From a virus (taxonomy: Duplodnaviria > Caudoviricetes): a DNA stretch of 38,773 nucleotides. Every line of letters starts with the position of its first letter. The stretch's first letter is position 1. Made by a program: the position numbers and the translations under genes. The stretch is taken from positions 1-38,773 of the IMG/VR virus record IMGVR_UViG_3300048882_000206; one strand, 5' to 3'. Of the stretch, positions 1-9,700 are shown piece after piece. The notes under the pieces are model-generated. The model was given only the letters and a program-made list of their open reading frames with translations, searched no databases and had not been told where the DNA came from.

Positions 1-11
1 GCTAAACACCT
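1..11 (+). repeat. Terminal direct repeat or circular-assembly overlap GCTAAACACCT (left copy)
   Basis: Identical to 38763-38773. Confidence 0.8.
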
Positions 12-291
12 ATTAAGTAGGTAAGAGGGTACGAAGTGAGAGAAGCGTGCGCATGCTGTGGAGTGTGTTGCTGTGTGCTGTGGATGTTGTGGATATGCCT
101 AGTCATCGCGTGGCGATGCTCGCGCGTATGCAGCGATGACGAGCGAACGAAAACATTTGCATGGGGGAGGGGGGTCGGGCAAACGGACACTAGCCCCGTG
201 TGGTGGAGGGGTGCCCACATATCAAACCAAACTAGAACCCAGTTTAGGTTCATACGAACTGTACGGTTTGCGGTGTGTGACATTCGTACAA

Positions 292-307
292 TGTTTCACG
301 TGAAACA
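292..307. promoter_or_regulatory. parS: parS site (ParB loading palindrome)
   Basis: Perfect 16-bp palindrome TGTTTCACGTGAAACA, the canonical chromosomal parS consensus, in the non-coding region. Confidence 0.88.
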
Positions 308-386
308 CTTTGCGTATCATACAGTCTCTGGTGTCTCGTATTTTGCGAATACTGGCAGTGTGGGTGGTTTTTCTTTAGAAAGATGT

Positions 387-400
387 AGTACACTCGTTCT
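387..400. promoter_or_regulatory. Putative LexA (SOS) box
   Basis: AGTAC-actc-GTTCT is one mismatch from AGAAC-N4-GTTCT and lies just upstream of the GAGGAG RBS of the GHKL gene. Confidence 0.5.
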
Positions 401-423
401 ATTCAAGAAAGAGGAGAAAGCTA

Positions 424-2271
424 ATGAGTGACGGATCGGGTGGAGCGGGTTTATTTATGTCGCAGGAGAACGTGCGTACTGCGTTTGAGATGACTTCTAG
501 TGGTGTAGAGGTATTACAGCAGATACGGGAGTTAACGAAGAACGCGTTAGAGGCGACTGGTAGGGCGAATGCTATTGATGGGAGGCCTAAGGACGTCTTT
601 TTAATGCCACACAAAGATACTCCAGAGTATTTATGTATTATGGACGCTGGTGATGGGATGACTAAGGATCAATTATATGAGTTGATGGGGATGTACTCGT
701 CAGGCAACGAGCAGGGGGTTACTAAGAACTTTGGTATCGGGTTTAAGATAGCTGTGTTTCCGCATAATAGGCTAGGGGTAGTCATTGAATCCTGGATAAG
801 AGGTAAAGGAGTTACTGGTGAGATACGGTATTTCCCTGAGATTAACGATTATAAATTTTACAATCGTGAGTTTGAGACCCCAGAAGGGAGAGTCTTTCAG
901 GATGTATACGAACTCCCTGAGGGAAGCTGCCCCTTTATATTTGGAAGTGGTACACGTATTACCTTAAAAGGGAACACGGGGCTTCCTACAATTAATTGTC
1001 CTGAAGGGGAAAGAGGTGGATTCCGTTGGGTAGCACACGCAGTAAATGAACGTTTCTACACAGTCCCCGAAGAAACAACAATACACATCCACTCTCCACG
1101 CGGAAAAGATGAAGAGGAAAAGATAGAATATAATATCGCTCACGGGCAAAAGTATCACCTCGATAAAGATTCAGAAAACCTCCGCGGAGAGATGCAGGTT
1201 ACAGATAGTAACTTAAACAAGTTTACAGCCCATTGGTGGGTATTGCCGAAACGCAACTCTATGGGCAAAAACTACTATAGGTCTAGCGGTCATACTGCGT
1301 TGCTCTACCAAAATGAGCTACACGAAGTAACTAATAGCAATACACACAGTAATAATGAGTTAAGAAACTTTGGTGTAAACCAACGATGCGTGATTTATAT
1401 AGAGCCTGATACAACTACTGCACTGGTACAGGCAAACGCTCAACGTAACGGATTGCTTGTTAATGGTAAGAAAATTGATTGGGCTGGCATACAAGAGGAT
1501 TTTTCACAACGTATTCCTGCAGAAATAACTAACGCACTTAACGCAGATTACTCTGATACAAAAGATGTAGTAGACCGAATTAAAGAACGCTTAGCTGCGA
1601 GTGCAAGGAAAAACGCAAGTAAAAACAAAACCATAGAGCGTGAAGATGGCAATGTCGCGCATGATAAAGAACATGAAAAGGAAGAGGAAGTTCCTGCCTT
1701 TAAGCGGAAGGGCCCCAAAAACGTACCCCCGAGGCCTTATAAGCCAGGTAGGCATGGCCCAATCCGAAAAACATTACCTGCGTCTGAAATTGATGCTGAC
1801 ATAGCGGAGATAGTACGCGGCGCAGAACTTCTTACTAGTGGGGCAATAGATATAGTTATGAGTGATGAAGATGACGGAATGGCAGGGCATTATTCCGATA
1901 TTTCTAGGATACTCACAATCCAAAGACAATGGAGACCTTACCTAGAAATGAAACGAGAAATGTTACAGAAGTTCCAATCCTTATGCGGAAGCAATTGGGA
2001 TGACACTTTAGAGGAGTCGTTTACTGATCTTATATTAGAAGAGCACGCAGTTGACCTAGGGGAACGCATACATCTAATTAGAAAGTTTGCTGACACCCAT
2101 GACACATGGAACTGGACAAACTTAACGAAACTTGGATTTAGTAGTGAGGCAATAAGCTTAGCTGCCATGCCTACGGAACGCAGAAATCAGGCAATAATCC
2201 GAAAAATACACGATTCACAATTGTATATAGCGAATAAGTCGTCAAGACGCAAAACACGCGCCACTGTATAA
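424..2271 (+). CDS. GHKL (HATPase_c / MORC-Hsp90-like) ATPase with uncharacterised C-terminal region
   Basis: GHKL boxes occur in order: RELTKNALEA (N), DAGDGMT (G1), NFGIGFK (G2) and GTRITL (G3). Strong RBS GAGGAG. Confidence 0.85.
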   Translation: MSDGSGGAGLFMSQENVRTAFEMTSSGVEVLQQIRELTKNALEATGRANAIDGRPKDVFLMPHKDTPEYLCIMDAGDGMTKDQLYELMGMYSSGNEQGVTKNFGIGFKIAVFPHNRLGVVIESWIRGKGVTGEIRYFPEINDYKFYNREFETPEGRVFQDVYELPEGSCPFIFGSGTRITLKGNTGLPTINCPEGERGGFRWVAHAVNERFYTVPEETTIHIHSPRGKDEEEKIEYNIAHGQKYHLDKDSENLRGEMQVTDSNLNKFTAHWWVLPKRNSMGKNYYRSSGHTALLYQNELHEVTNSNTHSNNELRNFGVNQRCVIYIEPDTTTALVQANAQRNGLLVNGKKIDWAGIQEDFSQRIPAEITNALNADYSDTKDVVDRIKERLAASARKNASKNKTIEREDGNVAHDKEHEKEEEVPAFKRKGPKNVPPRPYKPGRHGPIRKTLPASEIDADIAEIVRGAELLTSGAIDIVMSDEDDGMAGHYSDISRILTIQRQWRPYLEMKREMLQKFQSLCGSNWDDTLEESFTDLILEEHAVDLGERIHLIRKFADTHDTWNWTNLTKLGFSSEAISLAAMPTERRNQAIIRKIHDSQLYIANKSSRRKTRATV

Positions 2272-2288
2272 AGCGAGTTATTACGTAT

Positions 2289-2528
2289 ATGAAAATGCAC
2301 GATAGATGGCGTAACATTGCACATGTCATACATAAATATGACACGTGCGATGCACGCTCACCTACGTACAGGGAGTTAGGAGCGGAAGCTGGGCTATCTA
2401 GCACAAGTCATGTGGCGTACTGCTTGCGTAAGATGCGTACACGTGGCTGGGTAACATACCACGATAATATGAGCAGAACTGTGAGGTTAACTGAAAATGG
2501 CAGAAAACACTTCTTCTTTAAAGATTGA
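2289..2528 (+). CDS. LexA-type winged-HTH DNA-binding protein lacking the peptidase domain
   Basis: SPTYRELGAEAGLSSTSHVAYCLRKMRTRGWV...SRTVRL matches the LexA N-terminal domain pattern. The protein is only 79 aa. Confidence 0.8.
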   Translation: MKMHDRWRNIAHVIHKYDTCDARSPTYRELGAEAGLSSTSHVAYCLRKMRTRGWVTYHDNMSRTVRLTENGRKHFFFKD

Positions 2529-2961
2529 TAAAGAGTATGGCAACAAACCAGTTGATGAAGTCCAGGAGCTAGTGGATGCTGGGACGTGGAGTGTGAAGGA
2601 AGTCGAAAGCGGCTTAGTAGTTCGCAACCAGCTCGGGCAACTTCAATCTGGTTCAGCCCATCTCCCGAGTGCTAACAAAGCCGATAAAGAGATGATGCGT
2701 GAAGAAAAACGTGCGCTAATGGAAATCATTCAGGAGCGTGGTGACACCCGTGAATGGTACGAGGCGTTAATGGAGTCAGTGCGCAGAAGAAACTCTCAGT
2801 CCCTGATTACTTGGAGAGATACCTTTTTAGGAAAGCCTATGGAGGTTGTTGAAGAAGTTGAGAACGAAGATACAAACGCAATAATTAAAGAATTCACTGA
2901 AGTTATGGAAGAAGCCATCCTAGAAACACAACGTCAGAAAAATGAGAGATACATTGAATGA
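2497..2961 (+). CDS. Probable terminase small subunit
   Basis: 154-aa helical protein upstream of TerL with an RNQLGQLQSGS motif. The call rests mainly on synteny. Confidence 0.5.
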   Translation: MAENTSSLKIDKEYGNKPVDEVQELVDAGTWSVKEVESGLVVRNQLGQLQSGSAHLPSANKADKEMMREEKRALMEIIQERGDTREWYEALMESVRRRNSQSLITWRDTFLGKPMEVVEEVENEDTNAIIKEFTEVMEEAILETQRQKNERYIE

Positions 2962-3230
2962 GTGATGATGAGCCAAAGAAAACTAATAATGGCACTACCA
3001 TCACGGGAGTACAACTCCTTGTAGGTGTGATTTTTATACCTGTCGTGTTAGTATGGCTCGCATTAGGAGCGCGTATTATTTGGTCTGCGACAGGAAACCC
3101 AGAAACTCTTGACCAAATTGAAGGACTTTTAACGGCCCTTGCGGTTTTGAGTCTACCTGTATCTATGGGACTCCAAAAACTATTTGAAGCATTTGGCAGT
3201 GAGATTGAAGCTAGAAAGCGAGATGACTAA
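2958..3230 (+). CDS. Two-TM membrane protein (possible holin or antiholin)
   Basis: Two hydrophobic stretches (LLVGVIFIPVVLVWLALGA and LLTALAVLSLPV). ATGA coupling with the upstream gene. Confidence 0.7.
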   Translation: MSDDEPKKTNNGTTITGVQLLVGVIFIPVVLVWLALGARIIWSATGNPETLDQIEGLLTALAVLSLPVSMGLQKLFEAFGSEIEARKRDD

Positions 3231-3231
3231 T

Positions 3232-4572
3232 ATGGCTGAAGATTGGGAACACCCCGCATGGAAAGTGATTATGCCAGGGAAGCAGGAGTACACACCGTTT
3301 AATTGGCAACGGGAAAAGATTCATAAGCACTCAACCAAGTCTCATTCAGTACCAAGGCTTATAGGTGCGTGCGGTAGGCGCAGTGGGAAAACGACTGCAA
3401 TCATCGCCGAGGTCGTGAAGGAACTGTTTCGGGAGCGCCCTGACATTTCTGGTATCCGAAAGCCCCCACTCGTGTACGTAATAGCCCCCAACTACGAATT
3501 AGCCATGAAAATTTGGGAACCAATCTGGGAATTATTCGTCTCAGAAAATGGTGGCCTTAATAATTTAAAAAGTTCCCACGATAAAATGCGTAAGCTCATA
3601 GATTTAAAGAATGGAGCTAGAGTACAGGCCAAAACAGCCGATGACCCTAAGTCATTGCAGGGTGACAGGGTTACTGCCGCGTTTGTGGACGAGGCACACG
3701 ATGTATCTGAAGAAGCGTGGGCTAACTTTATGCCTGCATTGACCGACTCACGCGGAGTATTGCGAGCAATTGGCATTCCACGGGGTAAAGGACGCTTTAG
3801 GTCGTACTTCCATCGTGGAGAAACGGACACTGAGGGGCGATTTGAGTCATTTGCCGTCCCATCGTGGGAAAATCCTGCCATAGACCCTAAAGAAATCTAC
3901 GCTATGCGGGACGAATTGACAGAAGCAGAGTATAAACAGCACTATTTAGCCGAATGGTCCGAGGATGATGGACAGGTCTTTAGGGGATTTGAGAACTTAT
4001 TCACCTCAGAAACTCCATTAGTAGCAGATAGCCAGTATTTGATGGGACTAGACATCGGTAAGATGCACGACTTCACCGTGGCCTACGTAGTAGACATCAG
4101 GACGGGTAACTTTGTGGATATGGATCGCTTTAATGGCGTGGACTACACCACACTAGGGCCACGTATTGCCAACCTGTACGAGAAATATAATTGCCAAACA
4201 ATCCACATGGATGCGTCTGGTGTGGGTGAGCCAGTACAAGATATGTTGCGCCAGGAGGGCTGCTCAGTATCGCCCTTCAAATTCACCAATAATTCAAAAG
4301 CTCGGATTATAGCAGGTATGGCCTCCGAAATTGAGCATGAGCGTGTACAATTCTTAAAAGGGGATACTCAACTTTCAAAAGAGTTGAGTTTATATGAGGG
4401 CAAAGTATTAGCTGGAGGAGCTATCCGATACTCCGCACCATCAGGATATTTTGATGACTGTGTAATTGCAGCGGCGTTGGCGATAGATAAATTAAAACGA
4501 AGAAGGAACACATCGCGTAATGCAATGCGCGGTAGTTACCTCACATTCGGGTCAGGCAGGAATACATGGTAA
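3232..4572 (+). CDS. terL: Terminase large subunit
   Basis: Walker A GRRSGKT, Walker B FVDEAH, and RNase-H-like nuclease motifs GLDIGKMHDFT and DDCVIAAALA. Start taken at ATG 3232, just after the upstream stop. Confidence 0.95.
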   Translation: MAEDWEHPAWKVIMPGKQEYTPFNWQREKIHKHSTKSHSVPRLIGACGRRSGKTTAIIAEVVKELFRERPDISGIRKPPLVYVIAPNYELAMKIWEPIWELFVSENGGLNNLKSSHDKMRKLIDLKNGARVQAKTADDPKSLQGDRVTAAFVDEAHDVSEEAWANFMPALTDSRGVLRAIGIPRGKGRFRSYFHRGETDTEGRFESFAVPSWENPAIDPKEIYAMRDELTEAEYKQHYLAEWSEDDGQVFRGFENLFTSETPLVADSQYLMGLDIGKMHDFTVAYVVDIRTGNFVDMDRFNGVDYTTLGPRIANLYEKYNCQTIHMDASGVGEPVQDMLRQEGCSVSPFKFTNNSKARIIAGMASEIEHERVQFLKGDTQLSKELSLYEGKVLAGGAIRYSAPSGYFDDCVIAAALAIDKLKRRRNTSRNAMRGSYLTFGSGRNTW

Positions 4573-6458
4573 CTGGTGATACAACGTACAACTCTCAGGA
4601 TACTGAATATCAACGATTTCTTACATTAAAGAATGAAATCTTCCAAGGCTACTTCGCAGCCGTTGAATTAGACAACGAGTATTACAACCTAGATTACCCT
4701 AATAAAAACCAAATCATTCCTAAAGAGTGGGGACAACGGGGTATATCTCCGACCATTCCTCCTACAGCACGTAATGCTGTTGACAATTTAACAGATCATA
4801 TTCTGACCTCCCCTAAAGTCTTTGTTCCCCCAAGGCCTACAGATGAGGACATGCAACAAGAGCAAGACTTAGCTGAACGCAAACGTCAGTTCCTTCATGC
4901 GTTTTGGCACCAAATCGCAGTTCAACAAGGGGGGCCATTAAATAGAGCTAAGAAGCAGGCTATTAAAGATGGACGCATCGTACTTAAAAAGACTTTACGG
5001 TGGGACTTGATTCCCGACGAACCCTCATCCACCGCGACACGGAAGGAAAAGAGTACCTACCGTAAAGTAATGAAAAACCTAGGCCGCAGTGAACTAATCT
5101 GGAGTGTAAAAAGCTGCCCTACTGAAACCATTTTAGAAGATCCGTCAGACTGTTATAACCCAAAATACGTATATGAGTTCTATAAAGTATACGCATTAGA
5201 CGCACGCGAAATGTACCCTGAACTAGAAGGACATCTCGCATCTTATAAAGACACTGATAAAGTGGACTATGTAGAAATGTGGACTAAACCTAGTGGATCT
5301 AGTCAAGGACGCTACGTAATTTGGTGTAAGGGAGAGCGAGTACATGATGATGTTAACCCGTATCATTGGGAAACAACGGCATCCACAGAGGAGTCTCCAC
5401 GCTACGACGGATATGTTCCGTATGCTATTAGGGACAGTGGCTGGGGCGAGTTCTCGGCGGAATCCAAACCAGAAGAAAGGTATGTTGGTGTACTGCGCTA
5501 CGCTCATCCAATGCTTGAAACAGAAGCTAGGCAGCTTACTGCAGTGGATATTCAGATGCGATTTTCCACATTTGCTCCAGTCGTTACCAGAAACATCTCG
5601 GAAGATACTGATCAGCCGATTGAGATTGGTCCAGGGAAACGTATCAACCTTATGGATGACCAAGAAATTGAGTTCAGATCATTACCAGACGTACCTGTCA
5701 GCGCATTCCAGCTTATTAACAAAGTCCATGATTACACAAATGAACTATCAAAAGCGTCCATCCTGTCAGGCACGTCGCAACGCGGAGTAGATACAGCTAC
5801 AGAAGCTGACATGAACGTACGTAATGCAGCGTCTAAATTGCAAGGCCCGATAAACGCCTTACGGTCAGCCATTATGGTAGTGAACCGTTGGGTATTTCAA
5901 GATATAGAGAACATAATAGAGGCTCCAGTAACCATATATGGTGGTATGAAGGGTGCTCCTAGTTCAATAGAAATAGCTCCAAAAGAGATTGGTGGCTTCT
6001 ATGAATCGTATGTTGAGCTTGATACGAGCGATCAAGCGTCACTTAATGCTCGGAATGCACGTTTATGGGCAGACCTATATTCTGTATATCAGGGAACCTT
6101 ATCTCCTCAAACAGCTATGGAAAAAGGTGGCATCGAGAATCCACAGGAAGAAATGATGAAAGCGTCAGTAGCTAGGTTATTCTTATCAGAACCAGCAGAG
6201 CAGGTACGTACCATGATGATGCTCACTAATCTTGGTGGACAGGCTGAGGATATTCTTACTGCGTACCGTAACGGTATTATGCAGGAGCAGTCAGCACAGC
6301 AGGCAGGCGCACAGGCAGCAGGAGCACAGCCACAGCAAGGTGGCGTGAACCAAGCTACGCGGCCTACCCAAGACCAGATGATGAATCCAGCACAGCCAAT
6401 AATTGAAGAATCCCAAGAAAACGTACAAGTAGACCAGATGCAGGAGATGTTCAGATAA
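4566..6458 (+). CDS. Portal (head-tail connector) protein
   Basis: 630 aa immediately after TerL, with a TATEA motif and a Q-rich C-terminal tail as in P22/T7-like portals. Confidence 0.85.
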   Translation: MVTGDTTYNSQDTEYQRFLTLKNEIFQGYFAAVELDNEYYNLDYPNKNQIIPKEWGQRGISPTIPPTARNAVDNLTDHILTSPKVFVPPRPTDEDMQQEQDLAERKRQFLHAFWHQIAVQQGGPLNRAKKQAIKDGRIVLKKTLRWDLIPDEPSSTATRKEKSTYRKVMKNLGRSELIWSVKSCPTETILEDPSDCYNPKYVYEFYKVYALDAREMYPELEGHLASYKDTDKVDYVEMWTKPSGSSQGRYVIWCKGERVHDDVNPYHWETTASTEESPRYDGYVPYAIRDSGWGEFSAESKPEERYVGVLRYAHPMLETEARQLTAVDIQMRFSTFAPVVTRNISEDTDQPIEIGPGKRINLMDDQEIEFRSLPDVPVSAFQLINKVHDYTNELSKASILSGTSQRGVDTATEADMNVRNAASKLQGPINALRSAIMVVNRWVFQDIENIIEAPVTIYGGMKGAPSSIEIAPKEIGGFYESYVELDTSDQASLNARNARLWADLYSVYQGTLSPQTAMEKGGIENPQEEMMKASVARLFLSEPAEQVRTMMMLTNLGGQAEDILTAYRNGIMQEQSAQQAGAQAAGAQPQQGGVNQATRPTQDQMMNPAQPIIEESQENVQVDQMQEMFR

Positions 6459-6751
6459 TGGCAGGAGAACTTTCTAATGCAATGGTTGATGCAGTAGGAC
6501 AAGCTATGGCACTGAATACAATGTCGCTTGAATACATTGCAGATGCGTTCGCTACGCCCGAACAACGTGATTTGTTTAACGCTACGCTGCCTGAGATTAT
6601 GCAAACATTCGACTCTCATGGACACGGTAAAGACATTAGGTTCTGCCAGGATGCGTTCTGTGTGCGTGCTAGAGAGACAATTCAGGGTATAGTGGGACAA
6701 CAGATACAAGGCATACAAGGTGCGTTAGCTAATCCTCAAGGTGGCATGTAA
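6458..6751 (+). CDS. Hypothetical protein
   Basis: TAATG coupling on both sides. Contains an HGH...C..C cluster. Confidence 0.7.
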   Translation: MAGELSNAMVDAVGQAMALNTMSLEYIADAFATPEQRDLFNATLPEIMQTFDSHGHGKDIRFCQDAFCVRARETIQGIVGQQIQGIQGALANPQGGM

Positions 6752-9700
6752 TGGCTGAAAATTTCAATCGTAAAGAAGCAAAAGAGATTATCAAGCGCGT
6801 ATCCGAGGCGTATGTGAAGGAACACGGCAAACGAATACTAGATGCCAATACCGAATCTGGTGTAGCAAACGACAGGCTTCTTTATGAGTCGGATGATGTG
6901 TCAATACTTCGAAACTACGTGGAAAAGGCCCTTCATAGTGGGATGTCTGCAGGTGAAATTCAGGACAAGCTAGTAAATGCGACATCCAATGTAACATTCC
7001 AGTCAGAGGGAACAAAAGCGGATAAGCAGAATAGGACGGATGTAAAAACAATAGCGCAAACATTGGCTGCAGCTATTCCAAGTAAGGGAACAACAGATCG
7101 CGATTTAAACACTGAGTACAAAAGATTCACTGACGATTATCTCCATGGTGATTGGGATAAAATGGCTAAGACAATTGGCAGCGATATGTCCTTAGCGCAG
7201 AGGCAGCGTTTGCTTGAGCACCTCAAAGATAGTTGGGGCGGAAGCGATGGTATCAAGCAAACGGTACAGAATGCAGCAAAGGCTCGTCTAGCTAGTGGAG
7301 ATTCAGCAACTTCACGAGAGTTACTAGAGACTCTTGGCCCATATGAGGGGAAAGATAAATTCAGGATGCTCTCGATGTTTCTCATTATGCCTGATATGAC
7401 AAATGATGAAATGTACAATACGATGGTTAACTTTTCCACAGACACAGCAGCCGCTCAGACAGAATATAAAACCAATCCTCCTGCAGCTACTGAAGATGCT
7501 GGTACTGGTACAGGGGATAGTGCAGACCCACTTAGCCAAACTCGTACAGTATATGAACAAGATCGTGATGGCAATTGGATTACAGGTGAAAAAGACTGGC
7601 AAGGAAATTGGACGAGTCCGCCAACAATAGTTGGAGATGACAGAGCACTTGCAGCTATAGCACGTACAGACGCAAAGGCTCAAGAAGCATTAGAGCGTGC
7701 TGATTTTATTTATGCACGTAATCGTGCAGATAACCGCGCAGACTATGAGGAAGATCGTGGATTCCAAAGGCGTGATGTTGTAACTAAACGTGTCCAAGAC
7801 TTAGCTGATATAGAGAACTTATATACAAGACAAGACGAAAACTGGCAAAGAGATTTAGAGCAAGGAAAACTTGATTATACAAGAGATATAGGCAGAGAAG
7901 ATAAGTTATACGGCAGAGATCTAACTCAGAGAGATCTCGATTATGACAGGGATATTGCTCGTTTAGACGCACACCGCAGCCAGGATATGCTACGCGAAGA
8001 TTTAATTCGTATTGGCGAATGGTCACGAGAAGATGAAATAGCGTTCCGTAATAGAGATTGGAATTTAGAAGATCGTCGTGATGAACGAATATGGCAAGAA
8101 GAACAGCAAGCTGAAGAAAACGTATTTAAAACTGGTCAGCTTGCTATGCAGATGGGGCCGCAGTATTTCCAGAGTCAATTAGATGCGGCTAATTTTGAAA
8201 AAGATGTACTAAGAAATGCATCTGATTACATTTCTGCAGCATTCATGCAACGTGGAGAAGCAAGCCCATTCAAGGCGGTTACACAAGCCGATCTAATTAA
8301 CGGCTTCCGTTCCAAAGTACGAGATATGATGCAGGCAACTGCGGCAGGGTTCAGGCCTCCGCTTGAAAGCCCTGAGCAAGTTGCTGCACAAATAGTTGGA
8401 GACGAAAGTGGAACGAGTGCAGGTGATGCGCTTGCTGCTAAATTAGCAGAATCGCGTGGCCCTGATTCATCGACTGGCGGCGGTTCATCGGCTGCGGCTA
8501 AGGCTAAGGCGGATCAAGCCGCTAAGATTGCTGCCGATAAGGCTGCCAAGCTAATTGCTGATGCAAAGGCTACCGCAGATGCTCTGTTAGCTAAAGGTGG
8601 TTCTGCTGCTGCTGCTGCTAAAATAGTAGCTGATGCTAAAGCTGCCGCAGATGCAGCTAAAGCTAAAGCTGCCGCAGATGAAGCAGCATCTGCGCCAACA
8701 GGTAGCTACTACGACGATACTGAGGCCCGTAGGCCAGATACTCAAAAGTTCGTATATGGTGAAGATAGCCCAGCTAGAAGGACTGTACCAAGAGAAATAT
8801 CAGAGTATGAAAGAGCAACTGCGCCAAGTTTTAGGTCGCCGCCAGTAGGATCTGAATTCGGTGCTGATCCATTTCAGCCGCCTAATACGTTTTCCCCTTC
8901 AGTCCCGCGTGAAATAGCTGAGTACGAAGCAGCAACTGCGCCTTCACCCGCACCTGTAGGAAGCGAATTTGGTGCAAGTCCATTTACACCGATTAATAGA
9001 AACATTAATTACAATAGGCCATCTGTAGGTTCAGAAATCGGAGATAGCGCATTTCAACCAATCAACGCTCCACCTTCTTCTACGGGGACTATTAATTATC
9101 CTCCTGAGTACACACAAGGTGTACAGCGTCCGCCTGTAGGGACGGAATTTGGTGACCAGAACTTTGCACCACTGCCAGGCGATTTATATGAGCGGAATCC
9201 GTTGGCACCGCAAGAAAACGAGTTTGGGGCGGTTGGATTTGTTCCGCCGCAAACAATGCGTCCAAGTGTTGTACCACAAGAAAACGAGTTTGGAGCTTCT
9301 AACTTTATTCCTCCACAAGCAAGAACTCCAACTCCACAAGTTCCTAACGAAATCAGTTCGTATGAACAACAAACACGTCCTCCTACTCAATATGGAGACG
9401 AAGTTGGTTATCTAGGTGATGTATCGTCACCTGCTGCAGAATATCAATTACCACGTATGGGTATGGGCCCTGGAACCCCACCTCAAATAATGCAACTCGA
9501 TAACTACGGTCGCCTTATGGACTACGGATCTGCAGGTGGGCAACAGGATATGCTTGACCCTTCTTATGGTGGTATTGATTCATTTGCTACTCAATATCCT
9601 CAGACCTATCAACCTCCGTCAAGAATGTCGCAGATAATGGGGTCTACCCCACAACCTGTTCAAGACTTCAGTGAAGGATTTGAGTTTGAGCAAGTAGACC

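Noticed and set aside
79-96. DnaA-box-like TGTGGATGT and TGTGGATAT
   Set aside because: They carry one or two mismatches within a TG-rich tract, and there are too few to support an origin.
36-431. 131-aa + strand ORF and overlapping 2..283 - strand ORF
   Set aside because: Both are low-complexity translations of the control region. The MFHVKH peptide is simply the parS palindrome read in frame.
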